Shown here one piece after another: positions 26,766 through 40,698 of a DNA stretch of 64,000 nt; position 1 is the first letter of the stretch, and every line of letters begins with the position of its first letter. The notes under the pieces were generated by a model. The model saw only the letters and a program-made list of their open reading frames with translations. It had not been told where the DNA came from and made no database searches. The DNA is from Camelus dromedarius (Eukaryota), in NCBI RefSeq assembly GCF_036321535.1, contig NC_087436.1, forward strand, positions 60,514,001-60,578,000, read 5' to 3'. The translations under genes and the position numbers were made by a program.

Positions 26766-28328
26766 CCACAGAACAAGAGTAGAGTAGAAGGATAAAAAGA
26801 AGTACACTCCACAAAAGAAACCAATAAAAATAGCAGACATGGGAAGAAATAGCAATGAAAATATAAAAGTCTCAAAAATGGGTTTGGTAGTGTTTTATGG
26901 AATGTACTACAATTCCACCTGGAGTGCATAATATTTGGCAAGCCAGGTTTGTGTCTGGAGAAGTCCTTGTAAGATTTATGCAAGGATTCATTAACAATGA
27001 GCACACACAATACTCAGATTCCAGTCAGTCTTGCTATGCAAAACATGGACAAGAATATAATAGAAGGAAGGAGTTCATGACCACACAGGCAGTCCTGTCC
27101 TGCTTTCAGTTATGTTCCTCTGAAGGCTGCTGTGTACGTGGTAATACAGACCCATAAGATGGTTACCTTGACATTCACACAGCTGTATGTTTGCACGCAC
27201 TAATACGCGTGGCCTTTCTACCTAGTTGATACTTGATTCTTTTACTCATCTCTAGTTTATTCCCTAGAGCATTCTCTACAAAAATGGTGTCTCACAGTTT
27301 CTCAGTTTAGACCTTTAATCTGCTGTGTAGTTTCTTGACTCCCTCTCCGAGTTTTGCTTTTTTTCCTTTAGCGATGTCATACATGCTCATGACTATTCCT
27401 TGGCACATTTCTAGCAGGAGCTCTTTCTCGTATTTCTTTGTCCACGGCACATATTTACTTAGATGTCACACTGTCACTTTGATTCAAAGAGTCTAAAATT
27501 GACCATAACCTTTCCTGCAAACAAGGTGCTCCTGCATGTAAGTTATTATTGACACCAGTATTTTCCCAAGACCCGCAGTATGAACTGTTGGTGTATTTAT
27601 AGTCCCCTCTTTCCCACATTTAGCCATAAAATGATTTTAGGATCCTTTTCTCTCCTATCTCTTTCATTACGGTTTAGGTAAGACTCTCATCATCTCTTGC
27701 CTACATCTGTGCATCAGGCTCTCAGTTCACCTAGCTGTGGTTTTCCCTTTCCTCCCAATAAACTTTCAGCAGCCAGATATATAACTTCACACATACAGAC
27801 ACATTAAACTGATTCCTCCTTCATTAGAAGCCAGTTTATATCATTAGATGGATATTTCAGTGTTCACATTTTGGTTCCAATGTTATATCTTCCTTCATTT
27901 GTTTATTCATACACTTATGAGCTGGCTAACCTTTAAACCCCCACCAAATTCAATATCTACCATATGAAATCTCTAATGCTGGCTCACCCATTGTCACAAG
28001 AACACATCCATCTTTTCTAACCTTTGTGTATATTTTATGCCTAAAACCCTTTCTTAAATCTCATTTATCCAAGACACACACTTTTGCCCTAGATCACAAA
28101 AATCCCTACCATAAATTCTTACAGAACCTGTTGCCTATGCGACTTTGCCAAACTTCTCAGAGATGGCTGCTCGTGTCACCTTTTTGGTACAAAATCTTTT
28201 TTTACAACTTCATTGTAGTGACTTTAGTGGTGCATTGTGATATTTTTCCTCTTGGATTCCTCAGTAGCTAATACACGTTTTTTGCATATGCTAGGTACTC
28301 AATAAATATTTCCTGTTGATCTCTATAC

Positions 28329-28626
28329 CTGCACTGTCCAATATGGTAGACGCTAGGCTCATGTTACTACTGAGCACTTGAAATGTAACCAGCCTGAATT
28401 GAGATGCAGGTGTAAAACACACACTTGATTTCAAAGACTTAGTGTGAAAAAAAAAAAAAAGCCATAAAATTTCTCAATAATTTGTATACAGATTACATGT
28501 CAAAACTGAATGGTACATTAAATAAAATATAAAATTCAACTGTTTCTTTTTACGTTTTTAATGTGGCAACTAGAAAATTTTAAACTACACATGTAACTCA
28601 CATAATAATTATATTGGACAGAGCTG
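28329..28626. mobile_element. MER33/MER3-family hAT-Charlie MITE
   Basis: Terminal inverted repeats ctgcactgtccaata ... tattggacagagctg; internal gagcacttgaaatgt and atttcaaagacttagt. Confidence 0.85.
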
Positions 28627-29024
28627 CTTAGACAATAATATGCATGAGTATTTAATGCATACTATAAGCAATGTGAGCAGTTAAATATTCATATTGCTTG
28701 ATGGTATATTATTTTTAAAGTTGGTTCTTATGTATAGGTGTTTATAAATGGCAATATGAGAGTGCAGGTTAATTATAGGTCTTCATCTTTGGACTAACTT
28801 GTAAAGCTACAGGAGAGGACCCAAGTTATCTGAATACTTAAGTAATGTGTTCACTTGCAGAATTTTGAGAATGTTGATACACCTTCATATATTGCTTTTA
28901 ATTTTCTGTCTCAGTGAAAATTTTCCTTTAAATGCACGTGTAGTATTCAGATGAATGCTTGTTTTCTACAAACCTTGTCATGGCACTGTGATTGCCAGGA
29001 ACATTCTGGGAAAGCCTTTAGACC

Positions 29025-29342
29025 ACCCCGCAGGTTTGTGATCTGTGTAGAGGAAGGCAGAAGGGAGAATTGGGCAGGAAGAGCCTCAGGCTGCAGTGTG
29101 GCTTGGAGGATATCTTAGCTTCCAACAGGGAGTTCTGGTATAAGGATTGCTTGTGGGAGTTGTGCACTGGGCAGAAAGGTCCAGGTCCTAGTTTTACTGC
29201 TGTTCTGGGTCATTGCCTGCAGCCTGGCCATAGTTCTTATACTGCAGTGGATCTCCAGGCTGCTGCCAGAGATAGACAGCACTCCTGGCCCCCAGTAGAC
29301 TTTTGAGTACAGATCTCAGAGGTGTGCCTTCACAGCTACCAC
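29025..29342. mobile_element. ERVL LTR remnant (LTR33-like)
   Basis: aattgggcaggaagagcctcaggctgcagtg...gggagttctgg...gtcattgcctgcagcctg; family assigned from recall. Confidence 0.5.
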
Positions 29343-29361
29343 TCTGGGCCACGGCCAAGGT

Positions 29362-29543
29362 AAGGGAGGGAATTAACTACAAAAAGACACAAAGGAAATT
29401 TTAGGGAGATAATGAAAATACATAATTTCTTGATTGTGGTGGTGGTTATATGGGATCATTATATTGAAACTCTAGAAATGTACATTTAAAATTATGTATA
29501 TTATTGTAGGCAAATTATACCTCAATATAGTTGACCTTTTAAA
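29362..29543 (+). mobile_element. Old L1M 3' terminus
   Basis: tcttgattgtggtggtggttatatggg...tgtacatttaaaat...aaattatacctcaata. Confidence 0.75.
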
Positions 29544-32162
29544 GTTACAGATTCTCCTTTATATATGAGAGAACCAATCTAAGACCACCCTTCCCACCAA
29601 AAATTAGTTGCCTTGTGATCGGCACAGTGGACGTTAACTTGAAGATAATGAATGAAACATGTGACATTCAGCAAGGGAGGAGAAGATGGAGCTTGTCCTG
29701 AATTACAACCTCAAAAGGTCTACTAATAACATACGTTTGAAAGCATTATAGTATTTTCCCAGTATAAAATATCAACCTATAATGGGGTTAGATTATTTGT
29801 CCAGGGAAAGAAAACCTTGAAAATCTATTATGGGGTCTAGAGAAGTAGAATAGGAAGGACCTCTTTACTGGGGAGATATTTCGCGTTCAGATCATGTGGA
29901 ATGGAGTCGTGTTGGTTATGCAGGGATGATTTTCTATCACCGGTCATGTGATGAGCTGATCTTCTTCCCCCTAATTTTCCCCTCTCCTCCTCCTGCGATC
30001 TGTCATTTCAGACATCTTCAATTCTTCCTCTCCCTCCCCTGCTTCCTTCATTGTAGGCAGTTGTAACATTCTGTGATTTCACTTTCTCTATACCGTATTT
30101 CTGGAATTCATCTCAAGACTTCAAAATCTCTTAAGTGGACAATTGCAGTGATCTCCAACTAGTCTTCTTTTCTTTTCCTGCTGACATCCAAATCCATGTC
30201 TCATAATTGTCCAAGTTGTCACCCACCTAACCCCCATGGGTGCGTCTCCTTTGGATTCAGGGCGCGCTCCTGGGTATCGATCTGGCTGCACAAGCGCTTC
30301 CATGCACAGGTCAGGCTTTCTCTCCCACCTCCTGTGTTGCCTCTGTGGCTCCACATTTTCCTGTCTAGTTGCTTGGTGCTCCCTTAATGTGCTCTGCATA
30401 TCTTTTCATCAATATTATGGCTTTTGATACATAGTAACTTTGTCAAATAATTTATTTCCAAAATTTGACAAGGAACTTCCTGAAGGCAAGGGTTGTACCT
30501 TTCTCATTTAAAAAAAAAAAATCTGCAGCATTTTACAAAGACCTTAAATACAGAGGAGCCCCAGATGAACTAAATCGCTTGTTATTTAGTGGGTTACTTC
30601 TCTTTTGCTTTATACATTTTTTAAATAAAAAGTAAAAGTTATGATCTTTTTATTGTGTAAAATAGATAATGCTGAATTTGACACAAATTTTAGGAGAACT
30701 GGATATACTCCCTTCTAAAAGTTTTCTTTCTGTAATTATCCTAAGTATTTTTCCATAAGGTGCAAAATAATGAAAAAAATTAAGAATTTCAGTATCTTTC
30801 CATGAAGTAATATTATGACAAACAAGGCTCAGGAGTTCTTTGCATTCTCACCACTTTAAGTAGGGGTAGAGATCAAGCTAGAGTTTTCTATTCCAATGTA
30901 AATTAGTTTCATTGAAGTTTTCCCAATTGGACTTTTTGTCTGCAGTGGGGAGTCATTTTCTCTGGGGATGTTGAAGAAGAGGGCTGAATTTTTTCCAGTC
31001 TATCCCTCCAATATATATTTGAACCAATTTTAAGTGTCAGTCCTCCATCCAAATTGAGCAAGATTTGCTCTGAAATACTGGTTACTTCCTGTGAAGTGAA
31101 ACAGCTGCTTTTTCTCTCTATCTGGTGATCAAGTAACTCAGGGTCCTCCCTGACACCCTATCAGTAGAAGTGGAAGGAATATTATATTCATTGCATGACT
31201 TGCTGATATCTCTGGTTATAATACTGTATTGCAGTAGTAACTGAAGCAGTTCCATGGGAACAGGTATTATGGACTTTTTACCAGTTGTTAAGTCTACTTT
31301 TTATGGGTCAAAGAATCCCCAAATAATAATCCTGTGGTGCATGAGGTCTGGATGGTAATGTGCTGAAAACTAAAATAGCTTTAAGTTTATTATGTGAGCA
31401 ATAAATGGAGGAAAATTTCATTATAGTGCTCCCAAACTTTTATTTCTTTCTTCACAGTTTCTTCTCATTGCCAATATTGTTACTGCTTTCATTTTATGTA
31501 AAAAAAAAAAAAAAAAAAAATCCCAGAAACAGGTCTACAGAGGATAGAGCTATTGGAGTCAGGGACGATTTCTTCTTCCTCACTCTCCGAAACACTCAGA
31601 CTACTGACTGGGCTTTGGTTAAGTCTTTGCTCTGACTCCACCACTACCATGTCAATTCAGGTCTTCAAAATATCTCTCCTGGCCTATAATAACAACTTTC
31701 TGACTGCTTTCTGTCAACTACCATAGGCTTTTCCTGCTACGTCAACATACTGCGTCATATTAGTCACACACTATAACCTCTGGGCTAAGAGCCGTCTTAA
31801 GGTTCTTTATCTGGGACTTGTGAACATCTGTTAGACCAATGGGTAGTAGGACCTCAACAGGCCTTTGGACATTTATGCAAAATACTGTGCTGTGGTAGGG
31901 TGTACTGTTTGAGGGACATGTTCATGGCTTTCATCAGGTTCTCCTAGGCTTAAATAACACATAAAACATTAAGAACTTCTACAACAGGGAGAATTCAAAG
32001 CTTCGCCCATCCCCACCAGCGACTCCATGACCTCTCTACGTCCCATTTTGAGTTCTTAAACTGAATCCTTATGAACACGCAACTGAGTCATCATAATAGT
32101 GGGTGCAGCTTTAAGTGGTAGAATAAAAGGCCAATAAAGTTTTTTACCTACACACAAGTAGC

Positions 32163-32745
32163 ACTAATTCAACAAACATTTCTTCAGCTCCTGCTCTGTA
32201 CCAGTCGCTATTCTAGGTACTAGAAATACAGACGTGAAGCATATAAAATTCTGCTTTCATGGGACAATTAATAAATAAGTATAGAAATAAACAAACAAGG
32301 TGATTTGGATAGGTGTAGTTGCTATGAAGAAAATAAAACAGAATGCTATTTTAGTTAATAATAATAATGCTATTTGTTTATACTGCATACTCAGCCCTAT
32401 GCTCCAAGTATTCATAAACAACCTCAGTGAATCCTCAAAACATCTTGGTATTGTTAATACCCCCAGTTTACATAGGAGAAAATTAGGCTTAAAAAGTTTA
32501 CCTTCCCTCAGCTCACGTAGTTATTAAGTGGCAGAACAAAAAATTTGGCTCATTCATTCATAACCCATGTTGACTGAGTGGCCGTTGTACATTAGATATT
32601 GTTCTAAGACACTGGAATATAGCTGTGAACAGAATGAATAAAAAGCCCTGCCATCAAGGAATTAGCATTTTCACAGCAGTTAGGCCAAGAATAAATACAA
32701 AATAAGTAAAATATACAGGATACTGGCTCATGATAAGAGCTAAGA
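32163..32745 (-). mobile_element. Cluster of L2 3' fragments with an intervening MIR (~32355-32540)
   Basis: attcaacaaacatttc...ctattctaggtactagaaatacag; tcattcattca...ttgttctaagacactggaatatagctgtgaac; MIR core ttacataggagaaaattaggct. Confidence 0.65.
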
Positions 32746-32944
32746 ATGGCCTTAAGCTGGAGAAGACAAGGAAACAGATTCTCCCCTAGAACTTCCAGAA
32801 GTCAGCACAGGCCCGCCAACACCTTGCTTTAACTCCGTGAGACCCCGGTCAGACGTCTACAGAACTCGAAGCTAATAAATATATGTAATCTGAAGCCACT
32901 AAATCTATGATAATTCATTACAGCCACAATAGAATAAAACTACA
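32745..32944 (+). mobile_element. MLT1 (ERVL-MaLR) LTR 3' half
   Basis: gacaaggaaacagattctcccctagaacttccagaag...ccaacaccttg...ataaat...aagccactaaat...ttacagccacaatagaa. Confidence 0.8.
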
Positions 32945-35900
32945 TGGAAATACTTATATCAGAACAATAAAATGTAAATGTGACAGGTAATACCTATGGA
33001 ATGATTGTAGATGCTAAAGAAGTGAATGGATTGAAGCACTAAGAACAGTATTTGACAAAGTTATACATACTATAATTTTATCATCATTATCAAAATTTAG
33101 GCACTAAAATAAATGGCATGCGTGTAAGGAGGTATAAGATTTCCTCGCTGAAGTAGAGTTTATAATAGAGGATGTAAAGGTAGATAATAGCTATCAAATT
33201 AGGGAAAACTGAATGTCTTACTGGGTTAAATCTAATTTAAAAGGCAATGCAAGATCCGTGGTACGCTATTAAGAGGAAAACAGAAGCTAAAGAATAGGTT
33301 AGACTGACTATTCTTACACTATTCTGTATAAGAATGAGGAGGTGATAGAAATATTAAGACAATAGATTGAGACACTTTTTATACTAGTGACAGAGTCATG
33401 ACCAGGGAATTAGCAATGAGGATAAGTAACTCTACTAGAAATAAACCAAGGAGATTACGTTAATAACAGGGACTATCCACAGAATGATTCTCTGGTCAGA
33501 TGTTGGGCTGTTGTGAAGGAGTTTGGTATGAACTGCATCACTGGGTTTCACCAGGGAGAAATTGAACAAGACAGGCCTAGTAAGCAATTTCTACCACATT
33601 AGTTTATGGCTTAAGCAAGACTCTCAGACTCATTTACCCTCATTTTTTTGTAACTATGAGGACATGTTACAAGATCTCTAAGATTCTTTCCAGCTGTAAA
33701 CTTGTATAATTTCATTGTTTCCACAATGGAAATTTGCTGTTATAGTACGAATATCCTAAATGTGTGGGATGTCAGGAACACTCATATGAAAAACAAAATA
33801 TTAAAAAAAGCATTCTAGAAATAACACAGATAACATTTAGATTTGATATGCCTTTATTTCTCCTTAAAAGTATCCACAATACAAACTATTCAAAGGTGAG
33901 AAATGTTTGTGATATCATTAGTACAAGTTGAAAGATTTGATTTCCTGAATTTGGAAAGCCCTTTTCATTTTTGAGCCCTTTCCATTTTTCCAAAGAAAAG
34001 CAATCTGGAGGGGTCAATATTTATGTTTGAGGGTAGTCAGGTCAAAATTACTTGTTTGCAAGATAATTTTACCTCTAGGAACCATTGCTACATAACATAG
34101 AAGCCAGTGTTTCAGTAGTAGGTGTATTTACACCAAGCTTGAAAAATTTATCAGCATTATTTTGAGGCAACAGGATAGCATTACCTTTGCAAGTGGTTGA
34201 GGTAAAAAAAAAAAACAAAAAACCTTCACCAGGCTAAGTGGTGATGATGGGGGAGGGTGGCCAAGGGAGGGGATTTGAATTGTGTTTTCTTTGTGGAAAA
34301 GGAAACATTCTTCATTTTTGTCACACTGCTGAATCACAGCCATGCAGAATGTATGAATGTATTCTTCTGAGGTAAGAAAACAGCCACCAAAGGAAATCAA
34401 CAACTTGTTCTCTTCACACCCCGAGAACAGGAGGAGAAACATATCTATCAGTGACCTGACAGTTGACCTGTGGAGTAACTCCTCTTAAGAAAAACAAATT
34501 AATTCAGTGACGATCCTACTTAATCTCTGACCTTTACTTTATGAGAGATTTTTCCATATGCCATGCTGAGTTGTCTCAATTATGTCAATGAGTCCCCTGA
34601 GAAAGGTGAGATCAGACCACAAATATTACCTGGCACAAAATCTTTAATAGGAGTTACATACCAAAGCATTACTTAAATACGTAGAGTACACATCATTCTC
34701 ACTAATGTCAGAGAGCATGGCATAAAATACTGAATTACAGCAGTTAAAAATGCTGAGTAGTTACTAGTATCTTGAACTAGCTTGCAATGTTCCGATTAGT
34801 ATATTAAATTGATACCTGATGAGTGTACGTGCACATATATGCACAGTAGAGGTGGTTTTCCCGAGGCTGGGATTCAGTGACTCACATAGGCTACTGCTAG
34901 AATTCTCCTTCCACCCTTCTGTTGTTCTTAGCCATCGCCTGTACTTCTCCTCACATTTCTTTGACCATCACTTGTCACCAAAGGTGTGGTCCCCTCCCTG
35001 CCAATCACCGCTAGGGACCTAGGACACAGAGATTTCAGCAGCAGTCACTGCCTACCAAGAACTGGACCGCGAGTACTGCCCACAGTTGCTCATGAAGACT
35101 CAGTCCCTTTCTGCAGTACCTCTGCTCTTACCCAGGAGCCCCCTGCCCTGCCTACAACCTTGCACTTCTCATCTCATCTCATTACCGAGAGCTAGGAAAA
35201 CTGGTTACTGAAAACTAGGATAACCAGTACAACTAGAGCTAGCAGAGAAACCTGGGTCTTGAGAATGGGCTTTTGGTTTTCTTGGTTGGATAGTAGTACC
35301 AAGAATACAGTGTTATAGTCTTGTGACCTAATGAATAAGAGAGACTGTTTTGGATTTGCCTTGGGAAATGAAGAGCACCCTTAACGTAATTGTTGTGTTG
35401 GAAATAAGGTCTTTGTTCCAGCAAATGACTTACAAACACTTTTTTTTGGAGGAAACACATTCATAATTGAGGAGACAGTGCCCTAGGTAACAATGTTCTC
35501 TTCCTGTTATAATTGTGAGTCATATTTTGTTTTCTTGTTTTTCCTCGCATATATTGGTTCTTTTCAGCCCAGTTTGGTGGTAGTATTATTACAGATATCA
35601 AAGAAAACTTTTATTTTTCTGTTAATTTATCAAAGTACTTGATAAATTACAATTTTTATATAGTACATTAATCAGGAGATTTTTATAAGTTTATTTAACA
35701 TAAGTAAATGTTGAAATTATTTTATAAAATCTAAATTATCTAAATAAAATAACTGCTAATAAGCCCTGTCTTTATTCACTTGTGAGAATGTTTGGCATTT
35801 ACGATGAATAATCAAGGAAGGGAGAGTATTTTTAGCAAGAATCTTATACCTCCTACATAGAAATGAAGCATTTGCTGAAAACATCCATGAGAAAACATGT

Positions 35901-36784
35901 TTCTGAATGTGTACTAAACACTTCCTATAAACCTCTTTTCTTCTGTAGCTAGTTTTCAGAGAAAAGCTTTAGTTTGTCAAAAAAAATCATATTGGCTTTC
36001 TCATATATGTTATAAGTAAGCAGCATTTTTGTTTGTAATAAAGGAAATAAAAAAATAAAAACATTAAGCCCACATAATTAGGGCCTTGTTGGTAACCTGA
36101 GTTATGCTCCTGGACAATTGAAAAGAGTATTCAGTGTTCTTAGGCCGCCTGTGGACTGTCTCAGGCCTAGGAAGATATTTTACAATTAAGGGAACAAGAC
36201 AGGAAAGGTTCGGATTTCAATCTGAGTGAAGCATTCAGCTACGTGTGCTTAATCCTCCTATTTAGAGAAGTAGCAAAAAAGATGCTGGTTGTCGAAGAGA
36301 ATTATAAATCTAGGCAGCCAGTTCTGATTTCTTAGTCTTCCCAGTTATTTTCTCAATTTAGATAGAATTCTGAGACAAATACAAATGTCCACATGAGGTA
36401 GTCTCTGGGGGATGTTTCTACTACCAACTTTCAAAAATGTTAGTTGTTAACATTTCCCTTCATGTAGTTTTAATTAATAATGAGTTACTTCATCAATCTT
36501 CCTTTTTTTTTTTTTTTTTTCTCATTCCCCTTTCCTTTTCTTACTTCCCTCCCCTCTTGGTATGGGGACACACTAACATGGGTGCCTGATTCATAACAAG
36601 CCTGAAGGGAGGGGTTGCCCAACAGAGGGAGTGGCCAGCAGCCAAAGAAATGGGAGAGGGGATGGCAGGGTGCAGAGATGGTGGGTGAAAGACGCAGCCA
36701 GAATGATTATAATATTTGTTACTCTGAACAGATACTTGAACAATCAGTATATAATAATTTGCAATATACTCTGCCTAGGATAGT

Positions 36785-37085
36785 AGTGTTGTATCACTGC
36801 TGACCTCCTGGTTTTGAGCTGTATCATGTCAGTGTAGGAGAATCTTTTTGTTTGGGGGAGGCACGTATTGGAGTATTTAGGTTAATGTACGCACCATGCC
36901 AAAAAAAAAAAAACAACATACATGCATGCGCACATACAGGCACACCCACACATACCTGTGGAGGACAAGGAGAGCAAATGAGGGTAAAATGCTAACAATT
37001 TGGTATTCTGGGTGAAGGTGATACTGGGATTCTTTGTACTGTTATTGACACTTTCCTGTAGGTTTCAGTATATTTTGAGGTTTTT
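36785..37085 (+). mobile_element. L1MC4-like 3'UTR remnant
   Basis: agcaaatgagggtaaaatgctaacaatttggtattctgggtgaagg...gggattctttgtactgttattgacactttcctgtaggttt. Confidence 0.65.
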
Positions 37086-37124
37086 TTTTTTTTAAATCAA
37101 ACCATAAAAAATGAACTATTACAT

Positions 37125-37485
37125 TCTGTGACTATCTGCTGAACATCTGTATGTTAAATACCACAGGGCACATTTCTATAAGAAGACTCTAACAGAATAA
37201 AGGTTTATTTCTCATTCCCATGAGTACACGGTAGGTGTTTTGGGCTGGTGGGTGAATTTTCTCCAGAGGGTAGTTGAGGGATTCAAACTCGTCCCATTTT
37301 GCAGCCTCACCACCCTCCAAGGGATGTGTCCATTCCCAATTTGAAGTCGCATATGTTATTTCCTCTCCCTCAATTGGATACTGGCCACCATTAATTCAGG
37401 GTAGACTGGAAAATGTAGAATATAGCCACCTGCCCTGACAAAGAAGGGAGAAGAGGTTTTGCTGGACAGCTAGAAAACTTTACCT
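37125..37485 (-). mobile_element. Degraded MaLR LTR (MLT1J/K-like)
   Basis: aataaaggtttatttctc...agggtagactggaaaatgtag...agaggttttgctggacagctag. Confidence 0.45.
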
Positions 37486-38607
37486 GTTATGAAGTGTTGC
37501 TTGTAAATAGAGGCTAACTAGAAAGAGGTTCTTTTCCCTTCAGCAAACATATATTGAACACTTTTTCTTTGGTTTTTCTTTTGGAACTGAGCTAAGTGAT
37601 GAGGATATCAATGTTGTAAGCAGACATAGTCACTTCTGTCAGTGAGCTCACAAAGGATGAATTTGTGTAGTACGATCATATATACATAGGACTTGTAGCA
37701 CTTAAAAAATGAATATTCTTGAGTACAATTTTAGTAATAAATTTCTGTTGAATGGTTAAAAGTCATCTTTGAATATTATATCAAGGAGAGAAAGAAGGTG
37801 TTTTAGTTTGGGAGTTAATAATTGTAGTAAAAAGCAGTTCTTAATTTTTTAGTCTTAATTTTCTTGCTTAAACATATTTATACATACTAACATTCATGGG
37901 GTAGAGACTGTGTTTTTATAACCATGGTCAGTAACACAAGTTCTACAATTTTTACAACTAACTAATCATGTTGACTGCTTTAAACTGAATTGATCATTAA
38001 GGTTGATCCGGCTAAGTGTGCAGACATGGCCAAAATGTGTAGAACCCATCTGTGTTGCAGGATTTCTTATCTGCTCTTATTACAGTTCTCCTTAGGTTTT
38101 TAGTACTGGATGTATTTTGGAGGTCAGGCATCCTCTTGGCTAGATCATCACCTTTATAACAAATCTATATGCTATTCTTACTAAAATATATTTATGTGTT
38201 GCCCTGCAAGGAATTTTCTCAAGTAATTAACAAATAGCTTTTGTACCAGCTTGAACTTGGCTTCTTGGAAATAATTCATTCTTAGCAGCATCTAATACTA
38301 TGGATGTTAGAGGTTTCTTTTATCTATTGTCTCTGAGTTGTCTTTTCTCTGTCATTCCTCTTTGATTTTTCCTAAAGGAATCCAAACTATTATTTTGGTG
38401 AGTAACATTTATTTATGAAGAAAAATCAAATCAAGTATTGACTTTGGCTTATCCCTAATCTTTTAATGAACTTAATTTTGAGACCCTTTTAACTCAGTCA
38501 TTTAGTTGTGATATGAATGAAAAGTTCTGCATTCAGTTTTTAATTCCTACCAGAGCATCACCGTACATTGTGACTACTGATTAAGATAAAGAACTTGTCA
38601 ATGTATT

Positions 38608-40698
38608 TATTTTTCCCAGCTTTATTGAGATATAATTGACAAATAAAAATTGTATATATTTAAACTGTTTAACATGGTTTTTAAGGTGTGTAATATGATT
38701 TAACATATCTATATATTGTGAAATGATTACCACAGTCAAATTAATTAACACACCCATCACTTCAAACAGCTACCATTTTTTCTTATATTTGTGGTGAGAA
38801 CAAAGTATATCAATACAATATTAAAATAATACTAATAATTCAGTATTATTAACTATAGCCACTATGCTTTCTATTAAATCCTCAAAACTAATTCATTTTA
38901 TAACTGAACATTTGTGCCCTTTGACTAACATGTATACACATACACGTATTTTCTTTATCCATTTATTCATCAATGGACACAGATTTTATCCATATCTTGG
39001 CTCTTGTGAATACTGCTGCAGTGAGCATGAAGGTGCAGATATGTCTTCAAGACACTGATTTCATTTCCTCTGGGTATATGCACAGAAGATATGGATTACT
39101 GGATTACATGGTAGTTCTATTTTTAGATTTTTGAGAAACCTCTGTATTGTCTTCCATAATGGCTGTACCAATTTAATTCCCATCAACAATGTACAAGTGC
39201 TCTCTTTTCTCCATACCCTTGTCAGCACTTGTTAGCAGGTGTGAGGTGATACCTCATTGTGATTTTGATTTGCATTTCCGTGATAGTGATGCTGAGTATT
39301 TTTTTATATATCTGCTCACCGTTGGTATATATTTTTTGAAAATAAAAATGTCTGTTTAGGCCCTTTGCCCAATTTTTAATTGGGTTATTTGCTATTGGGT
39401 TTTTTTTTTGCTATTGAGTTGTATGAGTTTTTATATATTTTGAATATTAACCCTTTATTGGATATATGGTTTGCAAGTATTTCATCCCATTCCAGAGATT
39501 ATTTTTTCAATTTATTATTTCCTTTACTGTGCAGAACCTTTTTAGTTTGGTGTATTCCCACTTGTTTATTTTTGCTTTGGGGGTCATATCCAAAAAATTA
39601 CTGCCAAGACCAATATCTAGGAGCTTTTATTTCTATATTTTCTTCTAGGGGATTTATAGTTTTCAAGTCTTACATTTAAGTCTTTAATCTATTTGGAGTT
39701 AATTTTTTGTGAGTAGTATAAGATAGGAGTCCAGTTTCATTCATTTGAATGTAGATATCCAGTTTTCCTAATACTATTTATTGAAGAGACTATCCTTTCC
39801 CCATTGTGTGTTCTTGGAGCCTTTGTGAAAGACTGGTTATATATATCTGGGATTATTTCTGGTCTCTTTACTGTATTCCATTGAACTATTTTATTCCAGT
39901 ACCATACTATTTTGGTTACTATAACTTTGGAATATAGTTTGAAATCAGGGAGTAAGATGCCTCCAGTTTTGTTCTTTTGTAAGATTGCTTTGGCTATTCA
40001 AGGTCTTCTGTGATTCCATAGGCATTTTAGACTTACTTTTCTCTTTCCATTTCTGTGAAAAATTCTATTGGAATTTTGATAGGGATTGCATTGAATCTGT
40101 AGATTTCTTTGGGTAACATTATTACAATATTAATTCTTTTAATGCATGAGCATGGGGTATCTTTCACTTATCTGTGTTTTCTTCAATTTCTTTCATCAAG
40201 GTCTCATAGTTTTCAGTATACACATCTTTCACCTCCTTAATGAAATCTATTCCTAAGTGTTTTATTCTTTTTGATGCTATTACAAATGGTTTAGTTTTCT
40301 TAATTTCTTTTTTTGGATTGTTCATTGCTAGAGTATAGAAACACAACTGGTTTTTGTATGTTCATTTTTGTATCCTAGAACTTTACTAAATATGTCTATT
40401 AGTTTTAATAGTTCTTTGGTGGAGTCTTTAGAGTTTCCATATATATATGATTATATCATCAGCAAACAGAGACAATTTATCTTCCTTACAGTTTGGATGC
40501 CTTTTCTTTCTTTTCCTTGCCTAACTGCGCTGGCTAGGACTTCTAGTGCTAAGTTGAATAGAAGTGGTGAGAATGAGCATACTTGTCTTTTTCCTGAACT
40601 TAATGGAAAAACCTCAGCTCTTCATCATTGAGTATGATGTCAGCTGTGGGCTTGTTATGTATAAACTTTACTGTGTTGAGGTACATTTCTTCTATACC
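38608..40698 (-). mobile_element. Older L1 (L1MA-like), ~2.1-kb 3' portion, decayed
   Basis: 3' end ccagctttattgagatataattgacaaataaaaattg. ORF2 remnant ORF 40164-40346 (...[31 protein letters not shown]) is homologous to the young L1 ORF2 in this window. Confidence 0.92.

Noticed and set aside
31500..31520. Long A run (also the T runs near 24810 and 36503) as further solo poly(A) insertions
   Set aside because: No flanking direct repeats found, unlike 49289-49342.
35200..35228. 8-bp inverted repeat actggtta...taaccagt
   Set aside because: Too short to exceed chance in 64 kb, and no supporting context.
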